Assembly: GCF_006345805.1 (NCBI RefSeq)
Contig: NC_043004.1
Location: forward strand, 56,792,001 to 56,856,000
Source: Octopus sinensis
Taxonomy: Eukaryota
DNA length: 64,000 nt
Reading direction: 5' to 3'
Within the stretch, counting starts at the first letter, position 1, and each line of letters begins with the position of its first letter. Both the position numbers and the translations under genes were made by a program. The notes under the pieces were generated by a model, which was given only the letters and a program-made list of their open reading frames with translations, had not been told where the DNA came from and searched no databases. Below are positions 53,699 through 64,000 of this stretch, one piece after another.

Positions 53699-54729
53699 AC
53701 ATATATATATATGTTTGTGTGTATATATATCTGTGTATATATATATATATGTGTGTGTATGTGTACATATATATGTGTGTGTGTGTGTATATGTGTGTGT
53801 GTATGTATATATATATATATCTATATATATATATATATATACATATATAAATTTATGTATATGTATATTGCGTGTTTCCCAAGTAACACGAACTTGGTAA
53901 CATTTTGTAGCAGATTACAAAGGAGAAGTTTTCTTTCTTTTCTTTTCCTGTTGTTTTAAATTCACTTTTGTTTTTTTCTTCTTCGTAAATGTTGTGTAGG
54001 GGCGGTTATCTTTCATTTGTGACTTGGATAAAATCCTCTATAACATAAACTATCATTATATAACAATGCTTTAACATTTTTTGATCCTGGTATAAATTTT
54101 ATATTTATGAAAGAACAGCACTCACCGAATTACAATACATTATTAAAGTAGGCGTGCTAAGATCACTTAAACATAGGCAAAGTAAGGAATTGAGGCGAAA
54201 AAAAAGATTTTCGGGTATTGGTATATCTTTTATTGAACATCTCGATTCGGCCAATTCAATGCTTTCATTTTATTGAATATAATGAAAAGAAAAAAAACGC
54301 CATGTTTAACATAATAATAGATTTCTGAATATAGCGACGTGTTATTAAGTATGAGTGTTTGTGTTAACAGCCGCTTATTAGCTTTTTACAGTTATAGAGT
54401 GCTACTGATGTCGTTATAATGAAGCATTAACAGGTAAGAACTTCGTTTCCAGTGGTATCGCTTACTTAATTAGTTCATCAAAGCCAGAGGAAAAGTCATT
54501 TACGATGTTTTTGAGGATGTTTTATATATTCTCATTAGTAAACAAACACATTCGTATATGTATGGAGGCATATATATACATATATATTATATACACTTAA
54601 ATGTGTGTATGTATAAATATATATATGTGTGTGTATGTATGTGTATATATACATTATATATCAAAATTTACCTTTTAACCCTCTTGTCACTTTCTTTATT
54701 CAAACAATCCTTAACTTTTATGTATAATT

Positions 54730-54773
<44 letters not shown>

Positions 54774-54989
54774 ATTATCGTAATAGGTTATCCATTATAT
54801 TTACTGAACATCTTAAATTACTAGAGACAATATTTTAATCTGGCCTAGCTCTGTCCATATTTGCGCGCGTGCAAATATGGACATTGTGTGCGTGAGCAAA
54901 TAGGTGAAAGATTGTGCGCGCAGTTATGCATACGATTATGGTTATATATATATGCAATGCATACATTCAAATATATATATATATCTCTG

Positions 54990-55051
<62 letters not shown>

Positions 55052-55092
55052 CATACATATATCTATATATACATATACATATACATATACAT

Positions 55093-55163
<71 letters not shown>

Positions 55164-55829
55164 GTAAAGGACGTCAGAAAAAGTAAATAACATGAAATGT
55201 GAAAACAAAGGAGTTCAGTACGCAAGCAACAAAACAAATGGAAAACAGGACAAGTAACATTAAGAATGACCCTTTATCAGTTGTGGTCTGCCTACTTTTA
55301 ATCCTCATATCGAGCATTGAACGACAATATGAGTCTTCGAAGACAGTTACTCCCATAAGTACCAAAATAAAATTTGGGATTTATGGAGAGTCAATAGTGG
55401 GAGGAAAACAGGACACTGGTGACATAAAAGGAAACCGAACGAAAACAAGCATGGAGGATTGTTAGACCACAACGTGTGTAAAATAGGGAACGCTGGAGAA
55501 CTATTTTCTTCGACAAGAGAAAACATAGACGAGAGAGATATAGAATACGTCCAGTCATTAGGACAGCCCTGAAAGAAAAGCAAGATCATCACGCGAGGAA
55601 AAGAAAATGGACAATGGTCACGTGTGAGCAACGAAAGAGAGAGTAAGCGATAAAGAGGGGGAGAGGAGAAAGCAGATAGAAAACGGTGAAGGGGAGGAAA
55701 AAGAGAATTAGAGAAAGGATGAGAGAGAATACGATGGGGGATATATGTATGTGCATGTTTGTATATAAATGTATACACATACATATATATATATATATAT
55801 ATGTACGTTATGCATATATATATATATAA

Positions 55830-55883
<54 letters not shown>

Positions 55884-56089
55884 GTATATATATTTGTGTG
55901 TGTGTGAGTGTGTGTGAAGAGAGAAATAGAGATTGTGATACAAAAATAGAAAGAGAGAGGTGGCACGAAATAAATATACCAAGCCAAACGCGTTAAGGTA
56001 CATATTCCACGTTTCTTGCACTGTGACATCAAGTACCGTTGTGAGCTGCTTGGTTAGTAGACTTAACAAATTATTAGATTTTACAGCCC

Positions 56090-56190
56090 AACCTTGTCTT
56101 TGGTTGCTTCTACTCGATATCCCTCTGATCAGAGCATTCTCAATAGCTTGTCGCTGGACGATGCCTTTTTTCCTTCCCCTACCCACCACG
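56090..56190 (-). mobile_element. Possible Penelope-like GIY-YIG C-terminal remnant
   Basis: Minus frame QRQAIENALIRGISSRSNQRQG resembles the RK.IE.ALI....N.R.G pattern. The match is short and unverified. Confidence 0.3.
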
Positions 56191-57169
56191 AAATCTCTAT
56201 AAAAATTCAGTCATTCTTCTACCCAGAGCAAAGCATAATTAGTATTCATTACTTTGATTTCGCCAATATATGCATTTTATTTCTTACTTGTTGCATACAA
56301 AGATAATTCAAATACTTTATTAAACAATATATTTTATAACTCAGTCTAATTTCCTTTCTATGAGGGGAACACATATCCAAGGAGATTGTATTGTGGAATT
56401 ATTGAATTAATACGAAAAGCATAATGATTATTAATGTCTTTTGAAACTCAGAATTCAATTTCAGTTTGACACAGCGTCACAGCTAAATTATGGAGCAATT
56501 TTCATTGTCGACAACAAAGCAATTAAGATAGCTTTCTAAATTCGTTTCCGGGAAATATGTCGAGCACACTTCATGACATGCCTGTCGGAAATATTGTGTG
56601 AGCACGTAATTATATGTGTATTGATGTGTTTAGATGAAAGACGTGTGTATTAAAAAAAAACTTCAGTAGTTTAGCAAATCAGCTTCGAAAATTTAAATCA
56701 AATGTTTATAATTATATATTTGTATAAGCAGTGAAAAAAAATGCAAAATGTGAGATACATTTATCATATTCAGTAGAATCTAAAACTTGATATGTATATG
56801 TGTGTGTTTTTTTGTGTGTGTGAGTGTGTCTAATTCAAGTTGTGTGTATATTAGTCTGCATGTGATAAACTGAATATACCTGTAATTATGTACATATATA
56901 TCTATGTGTGCGTGTATTTGTGTGAGTCTGTGTGTGTGTGTGTGTGTGTTGTGTGTGTGTGGCACGTGCGAACGTGTGAAACGGTTGGATTTTTTTGTTG
57001 GTCTTTAGGTAGCGCTGCAGACTTTTGAGAAACGGAGCGAGAAATATCTAGTAATTCTCAACCGTGGCAATACCAATCTTATGGTTTTCAGTAGAAAGCA
57101 ATATCTCTGACATCATCTCATTTATGTGAGTAATAGATCTGAACTATCAAAGTCTGAGACACTCAAACC

Positions 57170-57680
57170 ACTTGAAGAAAGGCCTTTGAAATTCCTTGAT
57201 CTTATTTTTTTGCATGCTCTTTCTTGCGGTTCTAACATACACCAACTGTTGTATCTGCTTCCCGTAAGATTGGATTATTGTATAGGTCGAATCTCACATT
57301 TCATCCTTGTTCGGGATACAGATATCATATATGGGCAGGTGACCCATCATCCCATCTTGACCTCCTGGACAGGAATCAGAAGTAAGTTTCTAATATGATT
57401 GGTGACACTCGGGCGTCAACTCTGCAAGGCTTATCATATCGGCATGTCACCGATCTTATAATTTTCTATCGCTTTTACTACAGAATCAACTTCCTCTCTT
57501 GGTTACACATCACTTTGTGGAATTTAGCCTGACTGGAAAATCACAGCGTCTTGAGCCAAATGCCGCTGTACTTCTACGAATAAAGAAATATTTTAACGGT
57601 GGTGGATTCTTCGCACTACCAGAGTTTGAAACTCTCTTCTATCTCATTGCTTTCCTCCTCATGACCTCTACTCTTTCACT
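57170..57680 (-). mobile_element. Highly degenerate RTE-like LINE remnant
   Basis: Only traces remain (ESFK..GS-like; KIKEFQRPFFKWFECLR resembling K.RE.RL.WFGHV.R), with many stops. Confidence 0.3.
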
Positions 57681-57941
57681 TCTACAGTGAATTTATTTCT
57701 TTCGCCTTAATTTCCCTTTCTTCATAGTCCATTTCATGAGATGGTCTCTCGGCTTAAAATTATATACATTCATATATATGATTATTATCAAATTTATAAT
57801 TAAGGGTATCTAAGAGATGTGCAATTATAATTCTAATAATAATTATTACCTTTTGAGGTTTTTTATTCCATGCTGGCCATCTAAGATCGGTATTTTAAAT
57901 AACGATCTTATCCTTAAATATATAAATCATACATATGTATG

Positions 57942-57976
<35 letters not shown>

Positions 57977-58319
57977 CGATATATATATATATAGATATAT
58001 AGATATATATAGAGAGAGAGAGAGATAGAGAGTAAGAAATAGTGTGAGAGTGAGAGTGAGAGAGAGAGAGAAAGAAATAGTGAGAGAGTGAGAGGGAGAG
58101 GGGGAGTAAGAAAGAAACAAAGAGCGCAATAAATATTTTTTCAGTTTCAGTCAAGAGACTAAATATATATTGTGTTTTTTAATGTTTCCATTCTCAATTG
58201 AATAACGTTGAACCATAGGCACATATACTTATGCATATATTTTACCAAGTTCCTTTAATTCTGCGTTCTGTATATTTTATCTAGAAACATTGAGAGGGGG
58301 TGAGAAAAAGAAGTTTAAG

Positions 58320-58367
<48 letters not shown>

Positions 58368-58375
58368 AAGAGAGG

Positions 58376-58419
<44 letters not shown>

Positions 58420-59289
58420 TAGAAGTGGGAGAGAGATCAATGTCTTGGCAAATGTGGATCAATTTGAGAACATACTGTCTCGATGATGATGTTAGTAAAT
58501 GCAAAACTTTATGCGCACATTTATATGCATGAAATCATCTTATATAGATCTTATTAAAATAGAAAGATACGTACAAATACTGAACACTTTAGTTAAAGAT
58601 AAAACTTTAGAAGTGGCAGGTGAAAACCATGTGCAAAATCTATTAAGTGCTGATATGCAGTGATAGCAACAGTTTTATTTATTTATTTTTTTTCATTATC
58701 GATTTCTTATATTTTTACGAGACCACATACTGATAGGATAAGGTATAGTCAATTCTAACAGTTAAAACTCGAGGCAAAGCTGTTTCGTGTTCGATTGTTT
58801 GAAGGTGAATAATTTAACGCTACATGTCTGACTCAAAGGAAATGTATTATAAGTAGGGACCTACATCCTGTCGAAATTAGATCTTTATACACGTCTGAAC
58901 ATTGAATATTCATGTATTTATTGATGAAGTATAAGTCAGCTCTAATGTCAATTTGTTAAAATTCGAATTCATCCTTGGGACTGAAATGGAATGCGTTGCT
59001 ATTTAAGAGGGGAAAATTATCTCTTACGGATTTGTACTTTTAGCCAGTGGTACACGGTATCGAGGTAACTGTCTGCGAGGAGCAGATACATGCTGACTAT
59101 CATGCATATTATATTAGTTAAGACTTAATTATCGATTTACGTTATGCGAAATGTATGCAATATGCAAATTCTCTGTTCAACAGAATATAGTAATTTTATA
59201 CTTGTGTGTTTGATGACTTTGTTTAACAGCATCCGTCAGAGAATAAACAAAGTCGTTTCAAGCTTAATCGTCCAAATCATATTGATTTC

Positions 59290-59470
59290 AAATTTTGACA
59301 CAGTTTCAGGGAAAGTGTAAGTCAATCAGATCGACCGCCGTACTCACATGGTACTTATTTTATCCACACTGAAAAATGAATGTCAAAGGTGGAATTTCAT
59401 TTCGGAACGTGAAGGTGGACGAAATACCGCTAAACGTTTTATCCGGCGTACTAATGATTCCATCAGCTAA
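59290..59470 (-). mobile_element. Diverged SINE family C copy
   Basis: GATCGACC...TGGTACTTATTTTATC...GGTGGAATTT...GGACGAAATACCGCTAA...CAGCT. Confidence 0.6.
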
Positions 59471-61654
59471 CTACCCTCGGTTGTCTAATTCATATTTTCT
59501 AAGTGTATAATCATCATCTAACCATTTATTCGAGTATGACACTCCACCCTTTATTTTTCCTCCTTTTTTTTACTTTTGTTTTTGCAGAACGAAATTAGAT
59601 TGTCTGATCATAACAAAATTTCACCTAAGTGCGCACATATTTATTTAAAGTAATTCTCGCTATTATAACATATTCCATTTGGCTCTACTACCCTCAAAAA
59701 AAATTACATATGCTTTTGTGTTACCAAAATTATGATTCCAGATACTTCAGTTTACGGCGCCTGTGAATAGACCAGATAATTATGCAAAATGATTGTGTAT
59801 TTTAAATAGTGTCAAATGTGGCGTTTTGTTTTTATTGATGTGTCTTGTTCCAGAAATCATAACTTTGGTTGCTAGTGCTATTACGTTTAAAAGGAAATGG
59901 ACCATAGTCATTATTTCGGCATTCACCACTAGTTGCATCTTGCTCATTAATTCTGTGTTTATTAGTGTATCACTTAGCCTGAAATTATCAATGTACCATG
60001 ACAAATATGCAAATAGTATCAGAATAACAGTGAGAATAGCCGTGTAAATCTGAGGTGTTAACGTATATTTTTGTGTCATTAATAAAATAAGAACATAATG
60101 CGGACATTAGCCAATTCAAAACGAAATTCATATTATTGACACTATGTAAAAGAAGTAAACTTGAGATTTAGAACATTAAAGATAACCATCGTTAATTGCA
60201 TTAGATGAATATAAAATACCTCACTACTAATGAACAACTAATTCAGAAAATCTCAATAGAATATTAATAACATACAAATTACCAAATGGAGATCGCCAAT
60301 ACATCGGAAAGAATGATCAGATCTTACAATTTAGTAAATGGCTAAAACTGAAAATTAGTTAGGAGATACTAAGTCCCAAGAAGATTATTTATTTACGAAA
60401 AAGATCAGTATCAGTAAATGAGCGGAAATACTTGTTATGAGCATAAAGGCAAGTGGATTTCAGTATTACAACCATTGAAATATGTTAAATGCTGGTTACA
60501 TCACTGTACTAATGTTTATGTCAATACTAATGTTTATGTCAATATAGAACGAAAAGCTCGAGGAAAAAGTTGAAAGGTCGTTTAATTTTTTATTTGATAA
60601 ATCCCTGTATAGTCTGAGAAATACAGTTATTATCAAAATATATGAAATATATTTTCTCTTCTATGTTCCCATCCACGCAAACTAGTAACACATAAGTCTC
60701 TTTGTGTTAATATGATATTGGATTTGTTCTCAATATAAGAATGATCAAAACCGCTATTATTTATAGTTGAACGAATATCTCGCTTTTATTTTATGAACAA
60801 CTGTTTTTTTCCATATGTATATACACAGTCCATAATACTTTGCACAAATGTATATTGTTTCACTGTATTATTTGCTTTGAAAATTATTTTATCATATCAC
60901 GCATTTTACCTCTTTCTTTTGATATGCCTTCATCGTACTTTCATTGTTTCCTATCAAATCTCTTACAGATGATAGAATGTGTATCTTTGCTTGGATAAAG
61001 CAAATATTCCTGTTTATACGTCTGCATGCATGAACGTACACATAACGAATGCACATTCACAAACACATGAATACATGGATACAAAGACATTATTTATTTA
61101 TACAAACTGCGCATATTCGAAATGTTTCAAAATATATAATATGTGCAATATTTATTAACATGCAAGCTTACGTATACAGTATTATATAGAAAATAATTTT
61201 CATCCTTTGTGGCTACATTTTCATTGTGATAAAATGATATTGTGATTAAATAAATATACAAAATTATATTTTCTTAACTAGTTTTATTTAATACAATCTT
61301 CATGACAAAATTTATTTCAAATATAGGTTTTAAATTATTTTCATATTAAAATCGTTTAAAAAGATAAATTTATTACATCGTACAGTAATGACTGTTACGA
61401 TATCTGGAATTTTAAACCTGCCAAATTTTCTTGGCACTAGACATTGACAATGTTCTACATGCCAAGGCAAGAATATAGAGAATATGCCAATTTCCGTGCT
61501 CCCTATTCTGTTTTGCTTGTTTATTTTGGTTATCATTTTTTTAACATAGCAAAAGAATTTTGGTCTTTTGATAGTCATCGTTATATCAGAAATTGCATTT
61601 GTCATAAGTAATTAATTTCTTGGTATACATCACTGGTCACAATGCGCTTTGTAT

Positions 61655-61826
61655 CGTTTTAGCTTTCGAATGACGCCACCCCGTTCGCTAGGTGAATAGG
61701 CCGACTACCTATCTACAGGTGAATGAACTGAAACAACGGGAAATTATGTGATTTGCACAAGACTGGAACCCATGGCTTAGCGATCGTGATTACAACACGC
61801 TAATTACTAGGTCACGAGCCTTCACA
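61655..61826 (-). mobile_element. Diverged tRNA-derived SINE (family D-like)
   Basis: Ends ...GCGATCGTGATTACAACACGCTAATTACTAGGTCACGAGCCTTCA, comparable with the 33747 end. Confidence 0.5.
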
Positions 61827-61909
61827 CAAACAGAAACTCATACACACACAGAGTCAGTGACTCGCACATGCATGCACAGAGAATCGCATAGAGATCGCAT
61901 ACACGTATA

Positions 61910-61911
<2 letters not shown>

Positions 61912-61946
<35 letters not shown>

Positions 61947-62191
61947 GTATATATAATATATAATATATAATATATATATATAATATATAATATATAATAT
62001 ATATATATATAATATATAATATATATATATATAATATAATAATATATATATATAATATATAATATATATATATATAATATATAATATATATATATATATA
62101 GATAATATATAATATATATATATGATATAATATATATATATAATATATAATATATATATTATATATATATATAATATAATATATATATATA

Positions 62192-62234
<43 letters not shown>

Positions 62235-63140
62235 ATATATATATATAATATATAATATTATATATATAATATAATATATATATATATAATATATAATATA
62301 TATATATAATATATAATATATATATATATATAATATAATATATATATATATTATATATAATTATAATATATATATATAATATAATATATATATATAATAT
62401 ATAATATATATATTATATATATATATAATATAATATATATATAATATAATATATATATATATATAATATATATATATATAATATATATATATAATATAAT
62501 ATATATAATATATATATATATAATATATATATAATAATATATATATAATATATAATATATATATATATATAATATATATATATATAATACATAATATATA
62601 ATATATAATATATATTAATATAATATATATAATTATATATATATATATAATATATATATATATAATATATATAATATATATATATAATATATATAATATA
62701 TATATATATTATATATATATAATATATATAATATATATATATATAATATAGATATATATATATATATAATATATATATAATATATAATAATAATATATAA
62801 ATATATACATAATATATAATATATAATATATATAATATATATATATATATATATAATATAATAATATATATATAATATATAATATAATATTAATATATAT
62901 AATATATATATAATATAATATATTATATAATATATATAATATATATAATATATATATAGAATATATATAATAATATATAATATATATAATATATATAATA
63001 TATATAATATATATATATATAATATATATAATACATATATATATATAATAATATATATGATATATAATATATATATATATATATAATATATATAATACAT
63101 ATATATTAATATATATATATATATTAATATATATATATAA
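61912..63140. repeat. ~1.2 kb almost pure A/T tract built from TATAA(TA)n units
   Basis: Seen directly. Very few G or C bases are present. Confidence 0.95.
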
Positions 63141-64000
63141 GAAATTAAAAACGGAAAATACCCACACTTACATGGTTATAGTATAATTTTTAAAGTATCG
63201 ACCGGTTTCGCAATCGCTATTCATGATATAATGTTTAATTTATATGAAAATATATTTTTTCCGAAGAAGAAATTGGGTCCATGTTGTTTGTAATGAAATT
63301 CACGAGTGAATGATTTTACAAGCTGACAAGTAAAGGGAGGTAATTGGTTGTTATTATTGTTATTGTTGTGCGTAAGGGAGATAACTGCTTAGGTTTTGGG
63401 TGAGGAATAAATATGTCTACAGAAAGGAGACAGGTTTAAAAAAAGGGGGCCTTGTTTAGTAGGGGATTTATGTAGTGATGTCATATGTAAAAATATAAAA
63501 ATTGGTTATGCGTGCTTAATAAAACGCGTTTTGTAATTTTCAATGAAAAAAAGTTTCTTTATTTAAGCGTTCTAGTTGAGAGATTGTGTCTTTGCACTGG
63601 TAGAAAGGGAAGTCTGTAAAATTTGGTTTGATGTTACCTGCACATTTTTCAATGTATTCACTAAGAGGAATTTGTCTGTATTGCGGGAAACGGATTTGCT
63701 CCTTATGCAGAGTGATTCTCTTCCTCGTTTGTGCAACCCGAGCAGGTTATTACAAAAGTTAGGTTCTCAGAGGCAGACTCCTAACAAATGCGAAGCTTTA
63801 CAAAACAACCACGAAACCAACGGTTGAAAAATGTGGACGCCCGAACTGTGGGACCTGCCCCCACCAGCTTGAAGGCTCTGGTTTCCTTTTCAAACAAGGA
63901 CAGAGGTTCACAATTAAAACTAGTTTCATTACATACAACATGGACCCAATTTCTTCTTAAGAAAAAATATATTTTCATATAAATTAAACATTACATCATG
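63141..64000. mobile_element. Rearranged Penelope-like (Neptune-type) element, continuing past the window end
   Basis: Minus 63774-63506 gives ASENLTFVITCSGC / RITLHKEQIRFPQYRQIPLSEYIEKCAGNIKPNFTDFPFYQCKDTISQLERLNKETFF (GIY-YIG endonuclease). Plus 63775-63928 gives LLTNAKLYKTTTKPTVEKCGRPNCGTCP...GQRFTIKTSF (Cys-rich RT-EN linker). 63222-63298 and 63924-64000 are inverted copies (73/77 identical). Confidence 0.85.
63196..63228 (-). ncRNA. Minimal type I hammerhead motif with an A3:U8 core variant
   Basis: TATC ATGAATA GC-GATT-GC GAA AC-CG-GT C | GATA. Stem I is 4 bp, stem II is 2 bp, stem III has a palindromic ACCGGT, and the cleavage triplet is GUC. Confidence 0.6.

Noticed and set aside
55160-55740. 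Purine-rich repeat-like block between TA tracts, possibly a PLE terminus
   Set aside because: There is no intact ribozyme core, terminal repeat or coding motif, so I cannot assign a class from the sequence alone.

Overview
Eukaryotic, very AT-rich DNA dense in (TA)n/(CA)n/(TG)n microsatellites. The tRNA-derived SINE families look like those of an octopus genome (recognised from memory, not from a database search). I cannot confidently identify a host protein-coding gene, and almost all of the supplied ORFs are translations of microsatellites. The interpretable content is transposon-derived: four SINE families (labelled A-D here), RTE LINE fragments, Dong/R4-like fragments in (TAA)n, a mariner 5' end, two non-autonomous Helitrons and Penelope-like (PLE) remnants carrying hammerhead-ribozyme motifs. 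The most interesting structures are: (1) a 2.0 kb Tx1/L1-like element (19536-21535) that encodes only a gag-like ORF1 with a CCHC knuckle and no ORF2, inserted with a ~15-16 bp target duplication inside the tRNA-like head of a SINE; (2) a ~4.1 kb near-perfect palindrome (23473-27578) with a hammerhead motif near each outer end, which could be real or an assembly fold-back; (3) a rearranged Penelope-like element at the right edge with a minimal hammerhead carrying a compensatory A3:U8 core; and (4) two Helitrons in head-to-head inverted orientation.
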